This document shows, in pieces, positions 14,330 through 27,729 of a stretch of 64,000 bases of DNA. The first letter of the stretch is position 1; every line of letters starts with the position of its first letter. The translations under genes were made by a program, and so were the position numbers. Origin of the DNA: Octopus vulgaris (taxonomy: Eukaryota); assembly GCA_951406725.2 (NCBI GenBank), contig OX597820.1:81220001-81284000 (forward strand). The letters run 5' to 3'. The notes below the pieces were generated by a model. That model saw nothing but the letters and a program-made list of their open reading frames with translations, searched no databases and was not told the origin of the DNA.

Positions 14330-16458
14330 TAAACAACCTATTGTAGCAGCCTCTAATAAGCGAAAGCTCTCTCTTTTCTATCAAAACTCACATAACTACA
14401 ACTCTAGTATATGAACACTCAACACACACACAGCTACAGTACAGGTACCCCTGCATTAGACCACAACTCAACCCATCCTACTGACACTGCCTTGAACACT
14501 ACCACAATCTCTACGAACACTTAACACACACACAGCTACAGTACAGGTACCCCTGCATTAGACCACAACCACAACCCAACCCATCCTACTAACACTGCCT
14601 GGAACACCACCACAATCTCTACTGCCCTTCCAAATAGTACAATTAATAACAACAATAGTAGTAATAGCAATGATAACATTAATAATAATATAAGAATTTT
14701 CCACCCCCTTCTATAACCTCTCCTCTGACGATATTACCTCCTCTATTAATGAACACAGTCCCCGAAATTCACCTAATTGTAATTACCATCCTGGAACTAT
14801 CTGCCTGTTACAAACCCATTGCAGAAGATATAATGTAATTTACAAGTGCCCGGTCCTTAATCTCTACAGCCATATACATAGGATCACAACTCTACAGCCA
14901 TATAGATAGGAACAACTAAAAATTTTAAGCAATGATATACCACTAGCCTCTATTCTCTTAGATACAATAAACATAATAAATCTACAACACTCGCCAACCA
15001 CATACATCATTTCAAAAATACAAATATAACCTATACTCTATCATGGTCCATACTGGACTCAGGACTTCCTTACTGAGGTCAACACTCAACCTGCAAACTT
15101 TACCTGGAAGAGGCATTTCACATATTAAAGCACAACTCTCCAGCACTGCTAAATAAGCATAATGAGGCACTAAGCACATGCAACCACCACTTTTTTCATA
15201 CATTCAAATTCTACTACAAACCCAAATGCCTAAACGATCATACGGTACATTTCCACAATACCCCTTAGGTAATCCCAATAACCTTATAAATCTACATTCT
15301 AACTCCTAATCTCTATCTAATTCCCCACTCATACTCAAATATCACAACCATCTAATTATATTTGTATGTGCATCCATATGTGCGTGCATATGTATGAACG
15401 TGTGTATGCATGCGTGTATGTATGAATGTATGTATGTATGCAAGGTATATACACCTGCATGTACAGGGGCAATAATACATGCAGATGCACATATATGTGG
15501 GTGCGCATGTGTGCATATACATATATTAAGAGTTGCATGTGTGAATATTGATATGTATAAACATCTGTATAGATATATATATATATATATATATACATGT
15601 CTAATATATATATATGTATACATCTTCACAGATATATTTTCTTATATTACTAAGCACTGACCTGCCAAACCTTAATTCTTCATTCTTTACTACTAATCCT
15701 CTCCCTGCCTCATCACTTAGACTCTATCACTACACAGTTGTCACTCCTTTACATTTTATTACCTCCCCCATTCCTTCTATTTTCTTGCACTCTAATACCT
15801 TTTTCTCTCTATCTCCCCACTCTTACTTTCAAATTATCTCCACTGACCACCAACTGGTACATTTTCCATTATCTATATCTTTGCTTTCCTTTTTCTTTCT
15901 TCTTTCTTTCCTTTATTCCTTCTTCCAGTTTTTTTATTTTTTATTATAATATTTTATTATAATATTTTTCTTCTTTCTTCCCTTTATTCTCTCATTATTA
16001 TCCTTTTTTCTCTTCTTTTTCTCTTTCTTCATTTTTCTCTTTCTTCATCTCTTCCCATTGACTCAACTAATACACTCCCTATTTATAGGTCACTTTAAAT
16101 AGAACCCTTGATTCAATAACACTGTATAAACTGTATACTTGGAATGGCCAATTTTAAATACAATTGGATTTTACTAATAAGGTACTGGAATCTTCTATGT
16201 ATACCATTCTGCCTAAAAAATGGATCTACAAATACAATATTCCTACATATCTCACATCTATTTTCTTTTATTTCCTCCACATCATTCTCTATTTTATATC
16301 TTATCTAAATTAACTATGTCTTAGCCATCCTCTCACACTGTCTCCGATGAAGGGATATAACAGATATTCTGGAAACAGCTGTAAGACCTTCTATCTATAA
16401 ACGTTCTAAAATCTGCACAAACTTGGTCTTTTATCTCATTAGGAAAAACTATTTAACA
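14330..16458 (+). mobile_element. Penelope-like element remnant with GIY-YIG relic and terminal hammerhead
   Basis: ~14820-15010 reads C..YNVIYKC..YIG.T..FKQ..STTLANHI; ~105-bp tandem duplication 14408-14622; ends in (TA)n. Confidence 0.7.
16340..16387 (+). ncRNA. Minimal type-I hammerhead ribozyme (U4C)
   Basis: GTCT-CCGATGA-A-GGGATAT-aacag-ATATTCT-G-GAAA-CAGCT-GTA-AGAC; palindromic helix III ACAGCTGT. Confidence 0.7.
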
Positions 16459-16470
16459 TATATATATATA

Positions 16471-16854
16471 CTCTTTACTCTTTTACTTGTTTCAGTCATT
16501 TGACTGCGGCCATGCTGGTGCACCGCCTTTAGTCGAGCAAATCGACCCTGGGACTTATTCTTTGTAAGCCCAGTACTTATTCTAACGGTCTCTTTTGCTG
16601 AACCGCTAAGTGACAGGGACGTTTACACACAAGCATCAGTTGTCAAGCAATGCTAGGGAGACAAACACAGACACACAAACACACACACACATATATATGA
16701 CAGGCTTCTTTCAGTTTCCGTCTACCAAATCCACTCACAAGGCATTGGTCGGCCCGGGGCTATAGTAGAAGACACTTGCCCAAGGTGCCATGCAGTGGGA
16801 CTGAACCCGGAACCATGTGGTTGGTTAGCAAGCTACTTACCACACAGCCACTCC
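16471..16854 (-). mobile_element. tRNA-derived SINE (family A), full length
   Basis: A-box TGGCTGTGTGG, B-box GGTTCAGTCC, CORE-like ttgggcaagt, internal (TG)n, LINE-like tail; flanked by (TA)n. Confidence 0.9.
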
Positions 16855-16876
16855 TATATATATATATACATATATA

Positions 16877-19733
16877 TAAACTGCAAGCAGGGTACAAATT
16901 GTTGTCCTTAAATGCTCGCAGTTTGTGCAACAAAATTCATTTGTTCAACGCCTACGTCAGAAGTGTTGACCCTGACTTCATCACTGTCACGGAAACATGG
17001 GCGCATTCCTTACTCTGTGATGGGGTTTTCAGCATTACGGGGTACAAGCTCTTCTGTAAGGACCGCATTAACCGCCGTGGTGGTGGTGTGATGGTCTATG
17101 TTCGTTCAAATTTTTTGGTAATTCCTTGTGCCGATTTGAACGAATCACAAGAAGAAGTTTTTTTCTGTGACGTACATATGACCATGTCAACACTCCTGCT
17201 TGGCGTTGTTTATCGTCCCCCAAATTACCATCAGGACACACAGCTTTGCAATATCCTCCGAGCTGCTGCCAGGAAAACAGCCACTTATGTTTTTGTTGCA
17301 GGCGATTTCAATCATTCTGAGATCAATTGGGAAACCTTCCATTGGCCACAGAGTGCAAACGATTTTGTTGAGCTTGTGCTGGACTCAAACTGGTCACAGG
17401 TAGTCACCTCTCCAACAAGAGGCGACAACACCTTGGACCTGCTCTTCACCACAACTCCTGAAGCGGTTATCAATTGCACTACGGAGGAACCTCTAGGTGA
17501 CTCTGACCATGCTATGATCATCGCCAATCTGGCTCTTGCGGGCAACAAAAACCTGAACCATCTCCAATCTGCTTCCTTCGATTGGAAGAGAGCAGATTGG
17601 AACCTGTACCACACTGAACTACAGCACCCAAACTGGCGTGAATTCTACAACTCTGGAGATGTGAATACTATACTCCAGAGTATCCTGGACTCAATATGGG
17701 CAGCATGTGCAGCATCAGTGCCACGTAAACAGAAAAAGAAGAACTGCCCCAAAAGGGCAATTTTGGAAACTTCAGCAGTCAGACTTGCCAGGAAGGAACG
17801 TCGGACTGCTGAACGAGAATACAAGTTGCATAAATCAGACACCAACAGGAAGAAGCGGAATAAATCTACCAACCATCTCAAGCAAGTGACAAAAAAAGCA
17901 GTGCTTGAATTTGAACAGTGCATAGCAGCCAATCCTGACAGCAAGGTTTTCTGGAAATATGTGCATTCAAAGCAGAGACCTCACTCTCCAGTGGGCCCTC
18001 TTCGCAATCCTCACACAAACCAGATCACTGACGACCCCAAGGAATGCACAGAACTCATTGCCGAGTGCTATGCAAACATATTCACTGTTGAAAATCAAAA
18101 TGTACCATCTTCACCATCTCTAACAGCAAATTCCATAACAACTATGGAATTTACACCTGCAATGCTGCGACGTCACCTTCAAAATAAGCGCAACTATGCC
18201 TCCCCTGGTCTTGATGGAGTTACATACTTGCTTCTCAAACGTGGCAGGTACTTCCTTTTACACCAGCTCTCTATTTTCTTCCAGTACTGTCTCAACAATG
18301 GTGCTACTCCCGAACAGTGGAAAACTGCCAGTGTCATTCCTCTGTTCAAAAAGGGCGACCGCACATCACCTGTCAACTATCGCCCAGTCAGTCTCACTAG
18401 CTGTATTGCAAAACTGATGGAATCGTGTGTCAGAGAAACACTTTGGAACTTCTGGAGCTCACACAGTCTCATCCGACCCTCACAATATGGATTTGTCCCT
18501 AACTCCAGCTGCAGTGATCAGCTTGTCGAGTTCCTTGAGGACATTACTCAGATCACTGACAGTGGCTCATGGGTGGATGTTGTCTACCTTGACTTTGCTA
18601 AGGCTTTCAACTCTGTGCCACACAAAAGGCTTATGGTGAAACTCTCTGCAATGGGTGTGGGTGATGACCTTTTTAACTGGTTGAAATCCTTCATTCTCAA
18701 CCGAAAGGAGGTAGTCACAGTTCTAGGACAGCATTCTACACCATATGAGATGTCATCGGGTGTACCACAGGGACCTGTCCTTGGTCCCCTCTTGTTTGTG
18801 GCATACATTAATGACATAGATGCAAATTTAAAGAATGCCACAGTATTAAAATATGCAGACGACATCAAGCTGTACCTTGAAATCAAGAGGACAGATCCTG
18901 TTGTCTACAGCTCTTTCCTGCAATCAGACCTGGACACAATGCAGCAATGGATCACAGACTGGCAACTGAAACTGGCTGTGGACAAGTGTACCACCATGCA
19001 TTTTGGGAGAAAAAACCCTGCGTCCACATACTCCCTCCACAACACTGATATCAAGAAATCCTTATGCGAGCGTGACCTAGGCATCACTGTAAGCAGTGAT
19101 TTGCGTTGGACAAAGCATATCTCTAAAATTGTCAAGAAGGCCGAGTGTGTCTTGGCATCACTCAGCAAGACTTTTGTTAGCCGCTCTCCAGCCATCTATT
19201 TAAAACTGTATACAGCTATGGTACGACCACACTTGGAATTCGCATCATCAGTTTGGAACCCCTATCTTGCTCAGAACATTGACCTCCTGGAATCGGTTCA
19301 GAGACGTGCAACCAAACGCATACCCTCCATCAGGCACCTACCATATTCTGAGCGCCTTGTTTCCCTGGGCATGGATTCGCTGAAGCTCCGGCGTCTGGCG
19401 ACGGACTTGGTAAACGCCCACAAAGTTGTCAACCACCTCACCAATAACAACACTGATCACCTTTTTGATCTCCATGTGTCTAACACACGTGGACATGCCT
19501 ACAAAGTCAGAAAACAACACAGCTCCCATGACTTTCGGAAACATTTCTTCACGCTCAGAGTTGCTGAAGCATGGAATAAACTGCCTGCGTCAGTTGTTGA
19601 CTGCCATGACACTGCATCCTTTAAGGCCCTCATGCTTTCCGAAATCCGTCGAAACTACACCTTATTATATATGCACTTTAAATGAGTTGTAGTGCACCTG
19701 AGCACTGTACACAATGTTTATTATTATTATTAT

Positions 19734-19740
<7 letters not shown>
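16877..19740 (+). mobile_element. CR1-group LINE, 5'-truncated, young
   Basis: Open APE+RT frame, short 3'UTR, (TTA)n tail; inserted in (TA)n. Confidence 0.93.
16881..19685 (+). CDS. LINE ORF2 (APE endonuclease plus reverse transcriptase), uninterrupted but lacking its own start
   Basis: NARSL, TETW, YRPP, GDFN, SDH; [31 protein letters not shown] (18852-18863), [13 protein letters not shown]. The first ~35 aa of the ORF-track call are read-through from the SINE and (TA)n. Confidence 0.88.
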   Translation: MQAGYKLLSLNARSLCNKIHLFNAYVRSVDPDFITVTETWAHSLLCDGVFSITGYKLFCKDRINRRGGGVMVYVRSNFLVIPCADLNESQEEVFFCDVHMTMSTLLLGVVYRPPNYHQDTQLCNILRAAARKTATYVFVAGDFNHSEINWETFHWPQSANDFVELVLDSNWSQVVTSPTRGDNTLDLLFTTTPEAVINCTTEEPLGDSDHAMIIANLALAGNKNLNHLQSASFDWKRADWNLYHTELQHPNWREFYNSGDVNTILQSILDSIWAACAASVPRKQKKKNCPKRAILETSAVRLARKERRTAEREYKLHKSDTNRKKRNKSTNHLKQVTKKAVLEFEQCIAANPDSKVFWKYVHSKQRPHSPVGPLRNPHTNQITDDPKECTELIAECYANIFTVENQNVPSSPSLTANSITTMEFTPAMLRRHLQNKRNYASPGLDGVTYLLLKRGRYFLLHQLSIFFQYCLNNGATPEQWKTASVIPLFKKGDRTSPVNYRPVSLTSCIAKLMESCVRETLWNFWSSHSLIRPSQYGFVPNSSCSDQLVEFLEDITQITDSGSWVDVVYLDFAKAFNSVPHKRLMVKLSAMGVGDDLFNWLKSFILNRKEVVTVLGQHSTPYEMSSGVPQGPVLGPLLFVAYINDIDANLKNATVLKYADDIKLYLEIKRTDPVVYSSFLQSDLDTMQQWITDWQLKLAVDKCTTMHFGRKNPASTYSLHNTDIKKSLCERDLGITVSSDLRWTKHISKIVKKAECVLASLSKTFVSRSPAIYLKLYTAMVRPHLEFASSVWNPYLAQNIDLLESVQRRATKRIPSIRHLPYSERLVSLGMDSLKLRRLATDLVNAHKVVNHLTNNNTDHLFDLHVSNTRGHAYKVRKQHSSHDFRKHFFTLRVAEAWNKLPASVVDCHDTASFKALMLSEIRRNYTLLYMHFK

Positions 19741-21110
<1,370 letters not shown>

Positions 21111-21321
21111 TTTTTTTTTTTTTTTTTTTTTTCATTATTTATCTATTTTCATTCTCTACCGTATTTTTTTCATTATTTATCTATTTTCATTCTCTCTCTG
21201 GCTTTCATTCAGTCATTTATCTAATTAATTATTTTTCCCTCTCAAATATAGTATTCAAACTAGTTGCTTCGATTCTCTCTCTCTCTCTCTCTCGTGTTTC
21301 CGTCCCCCTCCCTAATTCCCT

Positions 21322-21500
21322 TATAAAAGCCAGCGAGCGATCGTATCCTATTCACTCGCTACACCTTCAGAGAAAACACAGACTTCCAAAAATGGCCAGC
21401 TAAGTCAATCTCATCCTGCTCTTTTCATATTTTTAAGCGTTTTGTTTGGATAGCTTGATCTGTTCTCCCTTCGTTCCTCTATTCTCTAAACATGGCGACT
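21322..21500 (+). promoter_or_regulatory. Putative internal Pol II promoter of the RTE
   Basis: TATAAAAG at 21322, Inr-like TCACTC ~30 nt downstream, YY1-like AAAATGGC (~21390) and AACATGGCG (~21489). Confidence 0.5.
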
Positions 21501-21914
21501 TCAGGCATTGCATTTTTAAAGTTTATTTTCCTTCAGTGCCATTCTTCGATGTTTATCCCATTCTCCTCCGAAAATATGCCCCCTCGTCTCTCACCGTATT
21601 TTTTTTTTTTTTTTTTCATTATTTATCTATTTTCATTCTCTACCGTATTTTTTTCATTATTTATCTATTTTCATTCTCTCTCTGGCTTTCATTCAGTCAT
21701 TTATCTAATTAATTATTTTTCCCTCTCAAATATAGTATTCAAACTAGTTGCTTCGATTTTGTCGTCCACCCTCCCACCCCCACCACCAATACCGGAAGTT
21801 TCTACCCAAATACCGGAAACTACCCCCTCCCCCACTAGCACCTATGTAGGGCTTATCTGAACATATAGCGCAAAAATTGTGAAAAGTATGCAGGTTGTAG
21901 TCTAGAGTTTCCAT

Positions 21915-24900
21915 ATGAAATCTGCCAAATGCAAGCTTTCTTTTCAGGTACATGACACTGCTGTCCCTCGTCCCAGGGTCTCTGATGCCCACACCTCCCA
22001 AACCCTCAGAGTTGGCACGCTCAACGTTGGCACATTGAAAGGTAGGTCTGGAGAGATTGTAGAGCTGCTTGAACGGAGACGTGTGGATGTATGCTGTATC
22101 CAGGAAGTAAGGTGGAGAGGAGGTTCTGCTAGGCTCCTCACGGGCAAGGAACACAGGTACAAGATTTTCTGGGCAGGGAACATTGACGGAGTCGGGGGCG
22201 TGGGTATACTTCTTGCGGAGAAATGGATAGGTAAGGTAATCGAGGTAGTCAGAGTAAGTGACAGAGTAATTAAAATTAGATTAGTTCTTCACCATAGGAC
22301 AGCTACCATCATCTCGGCATATGCCCCTCAACCAGGGCTACCGGAAGGACAAAAAGACCAATTCTATGACACCCTATTGCGGACTACCTCATTGACAAAT
22401 GACAGTGACCTTCTCTTCGTGGCAGGTGATTTCAATGGACATGTTGGACGACATGTCAGGGGCTTCCATGGCATCCATGGAGGCCACGGTTTTGGCTCTC
22501 GAAATGAGGAGGGAACCAGGCTGCTGGAGTTCTGCGATGCAAATGACCTTATGGTCTGCAATACCCACTTCAGGAAACCCACCTCTCACCTAGTCACCTA
22601 CCGTTCTGGCAGACACACCAGCCAGATTGACTACATCCTTGCCAGAAAAAGGGAAAGAGGGCTGATTATAAATGCCAAAACCTTCCCAGGCGAAGAATGT
22701 ACTCCCCAACATAGATTAGTAGTTAGCGACTTCAGGATCAGAGCTAAATGGTTGCCCAGAAGAAGACCAGCTTGGAGGAGAAGGGTCTGGAAGCTTAAAG
22801 ATCCTGCAAATGGACAGAGATTTAGAGACATACTACTCGAAGCCTCTGACGAAATAGAAGGGGATATAGCTCCACTTAATGTGGAAGACAACTGGAGATT
22901 CCTACGGGACAATCTGCTGACAGCCACTGACCAGATCTGTGGATGGAGCAAAGTACCATCTCGACCCAGAGTTACATGGTGGTGGAACACGGTGGTTGAC
23001 GGGGCTATTAGACAAAAGAGACAGGCTTGGAAGGACTGGAAGAACGGTGGTAGCAGGGAATTGTATCAGACAGCCAAAAGGGAAGCTAGGAGACAGGTTT
23101 ATTTAGCCAGAGGGGAAGCGGATAAGAAAAAATTTGCCAATGTTCTGAGCCGTGAGGATGAAAGACTTGAGGTATTTCGTGTTGCAAGACAGTGTGTGAG
23201 AGAGAATCGTGATGTGGTAGGAGAGAAGTGTGTTCGCATGGATGATGGTTCACTTGCGCTAAATGAGGATGCAAAGAGAGAGGTTTGGAGATGCCACTAT
23301 GAAAGTTTGCTGAATAAAGAAAATGAATGGGATAAAGAGAGTCTGCCAAATGTTGACCCAACAGAGGGACCAGCTATCCGAGTTGATAGTTCCGTGGTAG
23401 CTAAGGCAATTAGAAGCATGAAGACAGGGAAAGCCCCAGGCCCATCAGGAATTACTGCAGAGATGCTCAAAATATCTGGCAGTGTCGGCTATAACCTAGT
23501 CACCCGTATAGTCAACCAGGTGATACACGAAGGAGTCATACCCAATGACTGGTGTAGCAGCATACTAGTCAACTGCTACAAAGGTAAAGGTGATGCCCTG
23601 GATACAAATAATTACAGAGGTATCAAGCTGTTGGATCAGGTAATGAAGGTTACGGAGAGGGTCATAGCCCAACTAATTAGAGAGAGAGTTAGTTTAGATG
23701 AGATGCAGTTTGGGTTTGTCCCAGGGAAAAGCACCACTGATGCTATATTCCTGGTAAGGCAGCTGCAGGAGAAATACCTAGCCAAGGATAAGCCCCTGTA
23801 CCTGGCTTTCGTTGACATGGAGAAAGCCTTTGATAGGGTCCCCCGATCCCTCATCTGGTGGTCAATGAGGAAACTAGGGATAGATGAATGGCTGGTGAGG
23901 GCTGTGCAAGCCATGTACAGAGATGCCGTAAGTAAGGTTAGAGTTGGCAACATGTACACAGAAGAATTCAAAGTAGAGGTTGGGGTCCACCAGGGTTCAG
24001 TACTCAGCCCCCTCCTATTTATCATAGTCCTCCAGGCAATAACGGAGGAATTCAAGACAGGTTGCCCCTGGGAGCTCCTCTATGCTGACGACCTCGCTCT
24101 AATCGCTGAGTCACTATCAGAACTGGAGGAGAAGTTCCAGGTGTGGAAGGAGGGTTTAGAATCGAGGGGCCTTAGAGTCAACCTAGCTAAAACCAAAGTA
24201 CTAATAAGTAGAAAGGTAGAAAACCCACAAATATCCTCAGGAAGATGGCCCTGCTCGATCTGTAGAAAAGGTGTAGGTAGAAACTCTATAAGATGTACCC
24301 AGTGTAAGCTATGGACACATAAGAGGTGCAGCAATGTCAAAGGTAGGCTAACTGGGAAGATAGTTTTTGTATGTGGCAGGTGCTCTGGAGCATTGACCTC
24401 CGAAAATCTGCAGAAAACAACTTCTGTCACTTTCCGGGGGAAAAACTAGAAGTAGTTGATAGCTTCCGCTATCTAGGTGACCAAGTCAGTAGTGGGGGTG
24501 GGTGCGCTGAAAGTGTAACTGCTAGAATAAGAATAGCCTGGGCAAAGTTTAGGGAGCTCTTACCTCTGCTGGTGACTAAAGGCCTCTCGCTCAGAGTAAA
24601 AGGCAGACTGTATGATGCATGTGTACGAACAGCTATGCTACATGGCAGTGAAACATGGGCCGTGACTGCTGAGGACATGCGTAAGCTCGTGAGGAACGAA
24701 GCCAGTATGCTCCGATGGATGTGTAATGTCAGTGTACTTACTCGACAGAGCGTTAGTACCTTGAGAGAAATGTTGTACCTAAGAAGCATCAGTTGTTGTG
24801 TGCAAGAGAGACGATTGCGCTGGTATGGTCATGTGGCGAGAATGGATGAAGATAGGTGTGTGAGAAAGTGCCAATCCCTAGCAGTTGAGGGAACCCGTGG

Positions 24901-25033
24901 AAGAGGTAGACCCAGGAAAACCTGGGACGAGGTGGTGAAGCACGACCTTCGGACGTTAGGTCTCACCATGGAAATGACTAGAGACCGAGACCTATGGAAG
25001 TATGCTGTGCGTGAGAAGACCCGGCAAGACTAG
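21915..25033 (+). CDS. RTE polyprotein: APE, RT, PHD-type finger, C-terminal domain; frameshift at ~24435-24447
   Basis: TLNVGTL, IQEVRW, AYAPQ, GDFNG, QIDYIL; NYRGIKLL, FVDMEKAFD, GVHQGSVLSP, YADD (24081-24092); after the shift FRYLG, RRLRWYGHV, RGRGRPRKTW. Confidence 0.92.
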
Positions 25034-25209
25034 TGAAGCCATAATCCGTGGCCCCTACCTGGGACGTAGTCAGTCCACCTGTGCATACCTTCCTTCTTGT
25101 GACACTTGTGAAGACCTGTTGAGGCAAGTGAGAATCGAATCGTATCGAATCAAATCGAACCAAATCAAAATAGATGAACATCAATGGAATTTGTATCCTT
25201 GTGGTACCA

Positions 25210-25490
25210 GTGCCGGTGGCACATAAGAAAACCATCCGAACGTGACCGTAGCCAGTACCGCAATGACTGGCCTCCGTGCTGAGGGCACGTAACAAACACC
25301 ATCCGAGCGTGGCCGTCCGCCAGCCTCGTCTGGCACCTGTGTCGGTGACACATAAGAAAACACCATCCGAGCGTGGCCGTCTGCCAGCCTCGTCTGGCAC
25401 CTGTGTCGGTGGCACATAAAAAACACCATCCGAGCGTGGCCGTCTGCCAGCCTCGTCTGGCACCTGTGTCGGTGGCACATAAAATCACCC
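25210..25490 (+). repeat. ~63-bp tandem units in the RTE 3'UTR
   Basis: Repeats of gtgYcggtgRcacataa..caccatccgagcgtggccgtYgccagcctcgtctggcacct. Confidence 0.9.
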
Positions 25491-25660
25491 ACTACACTCT
25501 CGGAGTGGTTGGCGTTAGGAAGGGCATCCAGCTGTAGAAACACTGCCACATCTGACTGGCCTGGTGCAGCCTTCGGGCTTCCCAGACCCCAGTTGAACCG
25601 TCCAACCCATGCTAGCATGGAAAGCGGACGTTAAACGATGATGATGATGATGATGATGAT

Positions 25661-26295
<635 letters not shown>

Positions 26296-27249
26296 TACGC
26301 AGATGATACGAATGTCTCGCCGAAAATACAGAACCCCATCGATGTTGCACATCTGCAGCAGGAGTTGGACTCAATTTACAGATGGGCTGAGGATAATAAT
26401 ATGCAGTTTAATGCTGAAAAATTCCAAGCCCTGTGCTACAAGCGTCCAAAATGAATATGAAACTTACAGAGTACACTGGTCTAAAGGGAATTTCAATCCC
26501 AGAGCCTAAATTAGTGAGGGACCTGGGTACTGACATGAGCGGTGATATCACTTTCCAAGTGCACATTACCAGGATGGCTACAAAGTGCAGACAACTGGCT
26601 GGATCCTGAGAACATTCTGAACCAGAGATAAGGAAACCATGATGGTCCTCTGGTGGACATTCATCCTCAGCTGCCTGGATTACTGCTCACAGCTATGGTC
26701 ACTCACTAGTGTGAAATTAACAGTGGACCTTGAAGCAATCCAGAGAAGATTCACAAAGAAAATCATCACTTTGCAACTGTTCAGCTACTGGGAAAGGCTG
26801 AAACACCTAAGACTCTACTCCCTGGAGAGAAGGCAGGAGAGGTATGCAGTAATATACATCTGGAAGATCCTGGAAGGAATTGTGCCAAATTTTGGCATTG
26901 AAAGCTGCACCAATACCAGTGCCAAAGAACTCAGCAACACCATCGTGCTTCAGGACCAGTTACTGCAACAGCCCGGGTTTCAAGGGCCCACAGCTTTTTA
27001 ATATTCTCCCAAAGAGCCTGAGTAACCTGCACAAAGTAGATGTAGGCATTTTTAAATCAAAGCTGGACCTCTTCCTGTCAAGAGTCCCAGATGAACCTAC
27101 ATCACAGCAAGCAAATGAGGGTAGCTATATCAAATTCCATTCTTCACCAAGTGCCACATATTGGAGGAGGCTCTCAGTAATAACAGCGTAGCTAAGCTGC
27201 GGTGCATCAGCATGGCTGCAACTCTGAGCTAAAACTACAGAAAAAAAAC
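26296..27249 (+). mobile_element. Degenerate CR1-group LINE 3' fragment
   Basis: Begins at YADD; LDYCSQLWS, QRRFTKKI, YWERL..L.LYSLERR.ERY; frameshifts. Confidence 0.88.
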
Positions 27250-27280
<31 letters not shown>

Positions 27281-27329
27281 TATGCATATATACATATATA
27301 TATACATACATACATATATATGCAAACAT

Positions 27330-27368
<39 letters not shown>

Positions 27369-27729
27369 TAAAACGGTAAGATAACAAAAGAAAGAAGGAG
27401 ACCTCAAAATTATGTAAATAGAGGAAATTTATCTATAAAATATGTTACAATTACTCAATACATACATATATATACACACATACATATACATACAAACATT
27501 ACATACATATATATATATATACTTACATATATGCATACATATATGCATACATACATACATACATACATACATACATACATACACACACACATACATATAT
27601 ATATACATACATACATACATACATACATTACATACATACATTACATACATACATATATGCATACATACATACATACACACACACATACATATACATACAT
27701 ACATACATACATACATACATACATACATA

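Noticed and set aside
16478-16525. Hammerhead in the SINE tail (hairpin-GAAAC-AA-GTA)
   Set aside because: No CUGANGA-like core or helix I; explained as a LINE-derived recognition stem-loop
16776-16880. N-terminal extension of the 969-aa ORF
   Set aside because: Non-ATG start within an antisense SINE plus (TA)n; fortuitous read-through
24432-24449. Programmed -1 frameshift in the RTE ORF
   Set aside because: No X-XXY-YYZ heptamer in the correct phase; a 1-nt deletion or sequencing error is simpler
25210-25490. CRISPR-like or pistol-ribozyme reading of the 63-bp units
   Set aside because: Spacers are repeated, the context is a eukaryotic LINE UTR, and pistol P2/P3 elements are absent
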